Assembly: GCA_043745805.1 (NCBI GenBank) | Contig: JAYTSD010000047.1 | Coordinates: 1-30,589, forward strand | Length of the DNA: 30,589 nt | DNA from: Fibrobacteria bacterium | GTDB lineage: Bacteria > Fibrobacterota > Fibrobacteria > UBA11236 | Direction: 5' to 3' | Shown: one piece after another, positions 1 to 8,019 of the stretch | Layout of the letters: every line of letters begins with the position of its first letter | How positions within the stretch are numbered: position 1 is the first letter of the stretch | Notes under the pieces: generated by a model | Databases searched by the model: none | What the model was told of the DNA's origin: nothing | Seen by the model: only the letters and a program-made list of their open reading frames with translations | Position numbers and translations under genes: made by a program

Positions 1-459
1 ATTACGTAAAGAAAATGAAGAACTGAAGAAGGCTTTAGGGGAAGCGACGCTAGATATTAAGATTTTAAAAAAAAAGTTGGACACGGATGCAAAACGACAT
101 GGGCAGAATTGGAAGGTTATTCCGGAGAGTTTAAAGTGAGTCGTAACCACATCCTAAAACTTTAAGGTATCTCAAAAGGTACTCTTTATTATCAGAAAAA
201 AGGATATCCCGTAACTCGTAAATCTTGTGAGCGAATAGATATAAAAATAATGAAACGAGAAAATCTACTTCTACAGAAGCCAAATATATCACGCGCCGAA
301 AGGATTCATACTAGGAAAATAGAAGTAAGCAAATCTAATAGTCGGTGGGCTAGTGACATTACTAGTTTTAAACTTTGGAATAATGTCAAGTTGCGATTTA
401 CCTATATCCTAGATTGCTGTGACCGGAATATTTGGAGAAGATTTTTCAAAAGCAACTGA
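1..459 (+). mobile_element. Degenerate IS3-family insertion sequence remnant (OrfA C-terminus plus broken OrfB)
   Basis: Frame from position 2 reads LRKENEELKKALGEATLDIKILKK...* (stop 137-139), resembling the IS3 OrfA coiled-coil end. A9G slippery run at 67-76. The -1 frame reads ...ILKL*GISKGTLYYQ (premature TAA 163-165), then RWASDITSF...TYILDCCDR (first two acidic residues of the DDE core), and is truncated before the catalytic Glu. Confidence 0.85.
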
Positions 460-593
460 AGGATTGGGAGGTAATAAATTGTAACCTACCTACATATTCG
501 TCACATTCGGGATTAGGAATGATGTCGCCAAATGACTTTTTTAAACTTAAATTAGCAGTATAGCTGGTTCGAATTTAAGCCGATAAGAGCATA

Positions 594-630
594 GGGGAAG
601 GCTTCCCCCTTCATACATTTTTTTAGTTTT
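594..630 (+). terminator. Short GC hairpin followed by a T-rich tract
   Basis: GGGGAA-GGC-TTCCCC stem-loop, then a T-rich run. Confidence 0.35.
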
Positions 631-635
631 ATCTT

Positions 636-998
636 ATGGAAAATCCGATACAGCTTCCCGAATCCGATGCCGATTTGCTTGCACAATGCGAAGTCGATAC
701 TTTTCGCGCGAGTGGTAAAGGCGGGCAGCATATTAATAAAACGGATAGTGCGGTGCGTTTGCGCCATATGCCTACGGGCTTGGTGGTGATGTGTCAGGAA
801 GAGCGTAGTCAATTTCAAAACAAAGCGATTGCTTTGCATAAGCTTCGGCAAAAAGTGGAACGATTAAATTTTAAACCGGCACCGCGCATTGCCACTAAAA
901 CTTCTAAAAGTACGAAACGCAAAAGCAAGGTGAAGAAAATTCGTCATTCTGCGAAAAAGCAAAGTCGTCGCGGGGATTTTCTCGATGCGGATGGGTAA
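636..998 (+). CDS. arfB: Peptidyl-tRNA hydrolase of the RF-1 domain family, ArfB/YaeJ-like ribosome rescue factor
   Basis: [21 protein letters not shown] (GGQ motif), RSQFQNK, and a basic C-terminal tail ([29 protein letters not shown]). Confidence 0.85.
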   Translation: MENPIQLPESDADLLAQCEVDTFRASGKGGQHINKTDSAVRLRHMPTGLVVMCQEERSQFQNKAIALHKLRQKVERLNFKPAPRIATKTSKSTKRKSKVKKIRHSAKKQSRRGDFLDADG

Positions 999-1262
999 CA
1001 TTTAATATACGTCACTTGCGCGTTAAGTTTTTGGTCCTTTTCCTGATCTTTTTCCATAATAGTGTTTCCCAAGCCTAAAATAGTTTTCAATAAAATGTTA
1101 TTTAAATGTTGGTAGATGGCTTTTTATCAACATGAATCCAACAACAAACCAACATCATGCGCTTATTTCTGTTGGTAAAATAGGGATAAGTATTTTCTTC
1201 GAAAACCTAATGATCTTTGCAAATGGAAAGGACATAATTGCCTTTATGAAAGTGGATAAAGG

Positions 1263-1949
1263 GTGGTTAAAGTGATGATATCTAATGAATTGGATTATAT
1301 CTATGCTGCAGATTGGCAAAATGTTATTCCCAAGAAAACCAGTCCTGACCTAGCGTTTTGGTGGGGAATGGCTCATCGCATTGGACATCCCGTCTTGGAG
1401 TTGGGTTGTGGGCTTGGCCGTCTATCCACATTTTTAGCTAAATCCGGTTGCTGTAGCACGGGTTTGGATGTGTCAATACCTACGCTATGCGAAGCAAAAA
1501 AAATCGCTCAACAAGCAGATACCTATGTGGATTGGGTACTTTCCGATTTACAAACTTTTGAATTGGATAGGCAATTCGCTTTAATAATATTGGCAAACAA
1601 CTCACTATGCCAATTTTTAAATCCCCAAGAATTAGAGAGATGTTTGCTGCAAGTTCGCAAGCATTTATGGTCGGAGGGTCGCTTAATTATTGAAGCGGTT
1701 TCCCCCTCGGCCCAGCTTTTTGCAAAACAAAAGGGGTTACATCGTTCAGTAATGGAATATCGTGATGAAAACTGGAATGGTGTGGAAGTGCCTATTGAAG
1801 AACGTGAGATGCGACTTTATTTCAATGAAGAAATTGAATCGATTTTAGAACGTAATGGGTTTTTTGTGGAAATGTGTTACGGAGATTTTGATGCTTCCCC
1901 TTATCAAGAGCATTCACCCAAACAGATTTTAGTGTGTGGCTTGCGTTAA
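1263..1949 (+). CDS. Class I SAM-dependent methyltransferase (start may be ATG 1275)
   Basis: Motif I VLELGCGLGR, GLDVS, C-terminal YGDFDASPY. Confidence 0.85.
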   Translation: MVKVMISNELDYIYAADWQNVIPKKTSPDLAFWWGMAHRIGHPVLELGCGLGRLSTFLAKSGCCSTGLDVSIPTLCEAKKIAQQADTYVDWVLSDLQTFELDRQFALIILANNSLCQFLNPQELERCLLQVRKHLWSEGRLIIEAVSPSAQLFAKQKGLHRSVMEYRDENWNGVEVPIEEREMRLYFNEEIESILERNGFFVEMCYGDFDASPYQEHSPKQILVCGLR

Positions 1950-2090
1950 GGTCACTGAGGCTGTCGAAGTCAACTAAGTGTTGCCTCCTTTTCTCACCTG
2001 CTCGCATTTTGTAAGCGGTAATTGCGCGCTGAGTATTGCTCTTTAACATAAAACCCCTTATATACTTAGTAGGTGATATAAGGAGGAATT

Positions 2091-3761
2091 ATGTTTTCAA
2101 TAAAAACACACAGGGATAAATTTGCTAAAGGTGGTTTCTTTAAATCCAATCCTTTACTACGCGTTTTTTATTTTGGAATAACCCTATTTTTGTTTCCAAT
2201 GAGTTCAAGGGCCGACTTTACTTACCCTAATTGTAAAACTTTAGTAGAAGCGAATTTTCGTTTAGACACTTTAGCTATGAATAAAACGGATAATTCACTC
2301 CGAGAGCCCTTAAAAATGGCATTTGATATGGATGCTCAGGGCAATGTAGATGTTTACTTTGTGCAAAGACGAGGTTTAGTACGTCGCTATAATGGTCTTA
2401 GTAAATCGGTTGATAATATAGGTGATTTTACAGATTTAGTTTTGCCCTATGTGGAGGGTGATGGAGGTAGCGATGGTGTTACGGGCATTGCCTTAGATCC
2501 TAATTTTAAAAATAATCATTGGGTTTACCTTCATTTTGGTCTCGGTACGGAATGGAGAGTATCGCGGTTTACTCTTAAAGCAAAAACTTTAGATGTGACG
2601 ACAGAAAAAAATTTGATACGCATTGTAACTAACGGGACCACCGCGCATACGGCGGGTGCCTTAGCTTTTGATTGGGAGGGAAATCTCTGGATTGGAACGG
2701 CACAAAATTATGTAGATCCCTCGTCCATCAATACCAATGATTTACGAGGAAAAATTCTTCGTATCAAACCGAAACTGATTAGTGATGTAGAGGTAATAAC
2801 GGATTGGGGTCCAGGAAAAACTTATGAAATTCCTAAAGGGAATTTATTTCCGCAAGAGGATCCTGCTAATGTGGGAAAAACTAAGCCGGAAATTTATGTG
2901 ATGGGCGCGCGTAATCCTTATACTATCACTTTAGATTCCGTAACCAAAGCCGTAACTTGGGGGGATATAGGTCCCGATGAGGGAGGTGCTACGGAGGAAG
3001 ATAATTACACGACTATTCCAGGTAATTTCGGCTACCCCTATTGGGCGGGAGATAATATTAATCGTGGGAAAGGGGGCATTGATCCAGCGGCGCCAATTTT
3101 TGCCTATAAAAATGGAACTGGCCTCACAAATCTCCCCACTGCTCGCCCTGCAGCCTATGCTTATAATAGAGATGCAGCTATCACCGGACCCGTTTATCGC
3201 TATAACGTAAACATTCATAATACTGAAAAAATGCCACCTCATCTCAATGGATTATGGTTTATTTCTGATTTTAATAAGGGTTGGGTAAAGGCGGCTATCT
3301 TGGACGGTACCGGCAAGGTTACGGGTATCCCGCAACCCATTTTTGCTAATTTTCAAAAAACCATTGAACACCCATTAGATTTTCAAGTAGGGCCTGATGG
3401 CGCTTTTTATATAGTGAATTACCAAACACATTTATCGTCATGGCGGCATTTTGACATTGGGTCGGGTTTGGTTAAAATTACTTATGTGGGTGAAACGTGT
3501 TCACCTATTGGTGCTAGAATTAATACCCCAGTTAAGCCAAAGTTTTCGCAATCCAATATTCAAATACAAAACAATATTATTGCTGTTGATTTTGCTGAAC
3601 ATTATTCTTTGGTAGTAAGTAATTTAAATGGGCAAAAAATAACGCGTCATGAAGGCATGGGTCATTTAGAATATTCGCTTAAGGAATTGAAAACGGGAGT
3701 TTACTTTTTATCTGTGTTTGCGCAGAGTGGAAGTATTACCCATAAATTCATAAAGAAATAA
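2091..3761 (+). CDS. Secreted PQQ-dependent glucose/sorbosone dehydrogenase-like beta-propeller protein with T9SS-type C-terminal domain
   Basis: SD AGGAGG; signal peptide; GIALDPNF, HTAGALAF, DLRGKILRI, GARNPY, GDIGPD, GNFGYPY, GPDGAFY motifs; C-terminus ...NLNGQ...LKTGVYFLSV...THKFIKK resembles a type-A T9SS CTD. Confidence 0.85.
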   Translation: MFSIKTHRDKFAKGGFFKSNPLLRVFYFGITLFLFPMSSRADFTYPNCKTLVEANFRLDTLAMNKTDNSLREPLKMAFDMDAQGNVDVYFVQRRGLVRRYNGLSKSVDNIGDFTDLVLPYVEGDGGSDGVTGIALDPNFKNNHWVYLHFGLGTEWRVSRFTLKAKTLDVTTEKNLIRIVTNGTTAHTAGALAFDWEGNLWIGTAQNYVDPSSINTNDLRGKILRIKPKLISDVEVITDWGPGKTYEIPKGNLFPQEDPANVGKTKPEIYVMGARNPYTITLDSVTKAVTWGDIGPDEGGATEEDNYTTIPGNFGYPYWAGDNINRGKGGIDPAAPIFAYKNGTGLTNLPTARPAAYAYNRDAAITGPVYRYNVNIHNTEKMPPHLNGLWFISDFNKGWVKAAILDGTGKVTGIPQPIFANFQKTIEHPLDFQVGPDGAFYIVNYQTHLSSWRHFDIGSGLVKITYVGETCSPIGARINTPVKPKFSQSNIQIQNNIIAVDFAEHYSLVVSNLNGQKITRHEGMGHLEYSLKELKTGVYFLSVFAQSGSITHKFIKK

Positions 3762-3766
3762 AAAAA

Positions 3767-3800
3767 TTAGTAGGGGCACAAAATGTTGTGCTCCTACTAA
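3767..3800. terminator. Bidirectional terminator-like hairpin between convergent genes
   Basis: TTAGTAGGGGCACAA-AATG-TTGTGCTCCTACTAA, 15-bp stem with one G-U, preceded by an A-run (U-tail on the minus strand). Confidence 0.75.
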
Positions 3801-4546
3801 CCCTCGCCTTTTAAAGTCGCCAAACCATATTCACGATTCATCCGCGCGATATTGGTGGTAGAGATTTCCTTAGGGCAAGCCGATTCGCATTCCAAATGAT
3901 TGGAGCAATTACCAAAGCCCATTTCATCCATTTTGGCGACCATGCTCAGCACTCGCCTTTCTTTTTCCGGTTGACCTTGTGGCAATAAGGCTAAATGTGA
4001 AACCTTAGCACTCACAAAAAGCATAGCCGAAGCATTAGGACAAGCCGCTACGCAAGCGCCGCAACCGATACATTGCGCGGCATCCATAGCTAAATCGGAT
4101 TTGGTTTTAGAAATAGCAATGCAATTGGCGTCTTGAGCGCCACCCACATTGGCGGATATAAAGCCACCTGCGGCGATAATTTGATCAAAGCTACTTCTAT
4201 CCACTGCTAAATCTTTTAATACGGGAAAGGCTTTGGCGCGCCAAGGCTCTACCACAATGGTTTCGCCGTCTTTAAAGCTGCGCATATAGAGTTGGCAAGC
4301 GGTAGTTCCCTTTTCAGGACCATGCGGTTGGCCATTGATCACCAAGCTGCAAGTGCCACAAATGCCTTCGCGGCAATCATGTTCAAACACAATCGGTTCT
4401 TCATTTCCGCGAATCAAATCATTATTGACTTCGTCTAACATTTCCAAAAAGGACATATCCGGTAAAATATTTTTGGCGGCATATTCTTTTAGCGCGCCTT
4501 TTTCTTTGCCGTTTTTTTGACGCCATACTTTGAGTTTTAAATTCAT
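3797..4546 (-). CDS. sdhB: Succinate dehydrogenase/fumarate reductase iron-sulfur subunit
   Basis: [24 protein letters not shown] and [13 protein letters not shown]e-S motifs. Confidence 0.95.
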   Translation of the reverse strand: MNLKLKVWRQKNGKEKGALKEYAAKNILPDMSFLEMLDEVNNDLIRGNEEPIVFEHDCREGICGTCSLVINGQPHGPEKGTTACQLYMRSFKDGETIVVEPWRAKAFPVLKDLAVDRSSFDQIIAAGGFISANVGGAQDANCIAISKTKSDLAMDAAQCIGCGACVAACPNASAMLFVSAKVSHLALLPQGQPEKERRVLSMVAKMDEMGFGNCSNHLECESACPKEISTTNIARMNREYGLATLKGEG

Positions 4547-4591
4547 AGTTGCCTCTCGTTTGCTACTGTAACTTTTAGGTTACTTATTCCG

Positions 4592-6505
4592 TTATTTATA
4601 ACTGCGTTGAGTGAGATGTACATTGTCGAAAGTCAAAGCTTCTTTGTGCAATTTCGAAGTTTTGTCTAAGCCTTGGAATTCCCAAGCGGCTGCATGGCAA
4701 AAGTTTTCATCATCGCGCAAGGCTTCATTTTCGTCGGTTTGGCTTTCTTCGCGGAAATGGCCGCCACAGCTTTCTTTGCGGGTTAAGGCATCGAGAGCAA
4801 GGAGTTCACCAAATTCTAAGAAGTCGGCAATGCGTCCCGCTTCTTCTAAATTTTGATTGAAGTCGCCAGAACCGCCAGTCACATTTACATTCTGCCAAAA
4901 TTCTTCACGTAACTTAGGGATTTCCACTAAGGCTTTTTTGAGGCCGGTTTCATTGCGGGCCATGCCGCAATAATTCCACATAATTTTGCCTAGCTCACGA
5001 TGAAATTCCATCGCAGGCTTTTTGCCTTTAATGCTCAAGAGTTTATCAATTTGCTGGCGCGCATTATTTTCCGCATCTTTAAACGCATCGTGATCGGTAG
5101 TTACTTTAGCGAGCGGCGCACTGGATAAATAATTTCCTAAGGTATAAGGAATCACAAAATAGCCATCGGCCAAGCCCTGCATTAAAGCGCTAGCGCCTAA
5201 GCGATTGGCGCCATGATCGGAAAAGTTGGCTTCACCTAAAACATGCAAGCCAGGAATGCTACTCATTAAATTATAATCAACCCATAAGCCACCCATGGTA
5301 TAATGCACAGCGGGGTAAATGCGCATAGGCGTTTGATAAGGATTATCATCGGTAATTTTATTGTACATCTGAAAAAGATTGCCGTATTTTTCACGAATGC
5401 GATTTTCACCCAAGCGCGAAATGGAATCACGGAAGTCGAGATAAACTGCCAAACCGCTTTCACCGACGCCTAGGCCATTATCGCATTGCTCTTTAGCATT
5501 GCGAGAAGCTACATCGCGCGGCACTAAATTTCCAAAGCTCGGGTATTTTTCTTCAAGAAAATAATTGCGTTCGCTATCGGGAATTGAGGCCGGAGCGCGT
5601 TTGTCGTCTGCTTTGCGTGGCACCCATACGCGTCCATCATTGCGCAAGCTTTCGGACATCAAAGTTAGTTTGCTTTGATGATCGCCACTTACTGGAATAC
5701 AAGTAGGATGAATTTGTGTGAAACAAGGATTTGCAAAATAGGCGCCGCGTTTGTGTGCGCGCCAGGTAGCGGTGACGTTACATCCAGCGGCATTGGTGGA
5801 TAAATAAAAGACGCGACCATAGCCCCCGGTACAAAGTAACACGGCATCCGCAGCATGGCGTTCTAATTGTCCATTCTCTAAATTACGCACAATAATACCG
5901 CGTGCTTTGCCGTCGATGGTAACCAGATCCAGCATTTCGCGACGGGTATGTAATTTTACGGAGCCTGCGCCCACTTGACGCATCAAGGAAGAATAAGCGC
6001 CGAGTAAAAGTTGTTGACCCGTTTGACCGCGAGCATAAAAGGTACGTGACACTTGTGCGCCACCAAAAGAGCGATTGTCTAAAAGACCACCGTATTCACG
6101 AGCGAAGGGAACGCCTTGTGCTACGCATTGATCGATAATGCTATTGCTGATTTCGGCGAGGCGATGCACATTGGCTTCGCGAGCGCGAAAGTCGCCGCCT
6201 TTGACCGTATCATAGAAGAGACGGTGTACGCTATCGCCATCATTGGGATAATTCTTTGCCGCATTAATGCCACCTTGTGCGGCAATACTATGTGCACGGC
6301 GCGGACTATCTTGCGAAGTAAAGGTATGCACATCATAGCCAAGCTCCGCTAAGGAAGCAGAAGCTGAACTGCCTGCTAAGCCAGTACCTACTACGATAAT
6401 TTTAAATTTTCGTTTATTGGCGGGGTTAATCAATTTGGCGTGGAATTTATAATCGGTCCACATTTGCTCTATCGAGCCGCCGGGAATTTTGGAATCCAGG
6501 GCCAT
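4592..6505 (-). CDS. sdhA: Succinate dehydrogenase/fumarate reductase flavoprotein subunit
   Basis: [21 protein letters not shown] (FAD-binding His), [31 protein letters not shown]. Confidence 0.95.
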   Translation of the reverse strand: MALDSKIPGGSIEQMWTDYKFHAKLINPANKRKFKIIVVGTGLAGSSASASLAELGYDVHTFTSQDSPRRAHSIAAQGGINAAKNYPNDGDSVHRLFYDTVKGGDFRAREANVHRLAEISNSIIDQCVAQGVPFAREYGGLLDNRSFGGAQVSRTFYARGQTGQQLLLGAYSSLMRQVGAGSVKLHTRREMLDLVTIDGKARGIIVRNLENGQLERHAADAVLLCTGGYGRVFYLSTNAAGCNVTATWRAHKRGAYFANPCFTQIHPTCIPVSGDHQSKLTLMSESLRNDGRVWVPRKADDKRAPASIPDSERNYFLEEKYPSFGNLVPRDVASRNAKEQCDNGLGVGESGLAVYLDFRDSISRLGENRIREKYGNLFQMYNKITDDNPYQTPMRIYPAVHYTMGGLWVDYNLMSSIPGLHVLGEANFSDHGANRLGASALMQGLADGYFVIPYTLGNYLSSAPLAKVTTDHDAFKDAENNARQQIDKLLSIKGKKPAMEFHRELGKIMWNYCGMARNETGLKKALVEIPKLREEFWQNVNVTGGSGDFNQNLEEAGRIADFLEFGELLALDALTRKESCGGHFREESQTDENEALRDDENFCHAAAWEFQGLDKTSKLHKEALTFDNVHLTQRSYK

Positions 6506-6631
6506 ATCGCTGCATTCTCCTGCTTGACTTGGCCCATCAGTATCAAAAGGCCGGCGGAAAAGATAGTTTTTTTGCCAATATTGAGAGGAATTCGAGTGGA
6601 AATAGTGTGCAAATTGATGAGGAAAAAAGGC

Positions 6632-7345
6632 TTATAAGCCTAAAAATTGAATCCCTAAACCGCATAGGCAAATGGTGAAGCCTGCCAAGGCCTGACTATA
6701 GCGTTCAAATTTTTGCATAGGCAAAAAACTAAGTCCATGCAAAGAAATTAAAACCATGGTGACCATGGTGATCAAGGTGACGAATGCGAAAACAAAAGTG
6801 ACGGCAACAGTGGTTTGCCAATGATTTTTTACCGAAGGGTATAAAAGTAAAGGGATTAACGGTTCGCAAGGTCCAAAAATAAAAATGGTAAAAAGTATCC
6901 ACGGCGTCATTTGTGAGTTACCCTCTTTTGCATGGGCATGACTATGCATATGCTGATGATTGTGTGTATGGGTATGTAAACCGGAATCTGCATGACTATG
7001 TGCATGCGAATGCGTTTTTTGACGCAAAGCTTTTTTTAAACCCCATAAACCATAAACCAAACCAAAAGCAATCAAAGCCCATCCCGCTAAGTTACCTCGC
7101 CAACTATCCAAGCCCACAAATTTATGCAAGGTAAGGCCAGCACCTAATCCGATTAACCCTAATAAAAAAGCGCTCGATACATGGCCGATACCACAAAGCA
7201 AAGTGATGCAAATAGATTTGCGAGTACTCCAATTCCCTGCCTTAGCCATAGCGATAAAAGGCAAATAATGATCCGGCCCCAGTACAGTATGCACCAGAGC
7301 AAGGGAAGCGGCGCTTCCCGTTAATAGGGCGGACTCAAATAGCAT
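6632..7345 (-). CDS. His-rich nickel/cobalt permease-like membrane protein (UreH/NicO/RcnA-like)
   Basis: HTVLGPDH motif in TM1, CGIGHV, long His loop (HSHAHSHADSGLHTHTHNHQHMHSHAH), GPCEP, about 6 TM segments. Start reassigned to ATG 7345 to avoid overlap with the divergent gene. Confidence 0.8.
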   Translation of the reverse strand: MLFESALLTGSAASLALVHTVLGPDHYLPFIAMAKAGNWSTRKSICITLLCGIGHVSSAFLLGLIGLGAGLTLHKFVGLDSWRGNLAGWALIAFGLVYGLWGLKKALRQKTHSHAHSHADSGLHTHTHNHQHMHSHAHAKEGNSQMTPWILFTIFIFGPCEPLIPLLLYPSVKNHWQTTVAVTFVFAFVTLITMVTMVLISLHGLSFLPMQKFERYSQALAGFTICLCGLGIQFLGL

Positions 7346-7403
7346 GAACTCTATACTAGAAAATTCCCTACCGAAATTCCATTTTTCGCGTATATTTATC
7401 CCA

Positions 7404-7916
7404 ATGAATAAGGCCATGCAAATCTTTCGTAAAGCCCTACGCCTGCGAGGGTATTTGGCTTTTGCTTTTTTACTTTGGTCTATTGTTCCGCATTTTCAAC
7501 TTATTACGCATACGCATACTGGCGGAGAAAAGGGACATTTTCATGCCGATTTATCCAAAGGGGATATCGCCAATGCAAACCTTATTTTCAACACACTCGA
7601 AGGTGTAGCTTCTTCGCCCGAAGAAAAAAATCAGGACATAAATACCAAAGAGAACAATAATAAACGTGAGAATACTAAAGCATCTGCGAATCTTAAAACA
7701 ATTTTTGCGGGAGTAGGATTAAATGCCGAAGGCAAGTCGAAACCGCATAGCCATTATAGCGAAGAGGCGAATTTAGCAAGCTTAGCTTCTCAGTTTGATA
7801 ATGCATCTCCTGAATTAGACATTATTGCTTATCTAGAAGAGTATTATCAAACACCTTCTGTATTTGGATATTCGCATTTTCAGGCGCGCGCGCCTCCGCT
7901 TCTTTCTCTCTCTTAA
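7404..7916 (+). CDS. Exported His-rich leader protein ending in RAPP (putative translation-arrest regulator, DUF2946/CruR-like architecture)
   Basis: Basic/hydrophobic N-terminus (RKALRLRGYLAFAFLLWSIVP), HTHTGGEKGHFH, low-complexity linker, HSHY, C-terminal FQARAPPLLSLS*; lies directly upstream of a TonB receptor. Confidence 0.75.
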   Translation: MNKAMQIFRKALRLRGYLAFAFLLWSIVPHFQLITHTHTGGEKGHFHADLSKGDIANANLIFNTLEGVASSPEEKNQDINTKENNNKRENTKASANLKTIFAGVGLNAEGKSKPHSHYSEEANLASLASQFDNASPELDIIAYLEEYYQTPSVFGYSHFQARAPPLLSLS

Positions 7917-8019
7917 ATTCCGTCCTTAAATATCACTAAGCCTAAGGTTAGCCTTGGGTAACATCGACGTTTCAATCCATTACCATGGTTTGATGAAAAA
8001 TTTATTAGAAAGAAAGTTT

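Noticed and set aside
552..851. 99-aa minus ORF and other short nested ORFs in the track (e.g. 30390-30581)
   Set aside because: Antisense or out-of-frame overlaps of well-supported genes
7344..7417. Apparent head-to-head overlap of the permease and leader ORFs
   Set aside because: Artefact of longest-ORF starts; ATG 7345 (minus) and 7404 (plus) give non-overlapping genes with sensible N-termini
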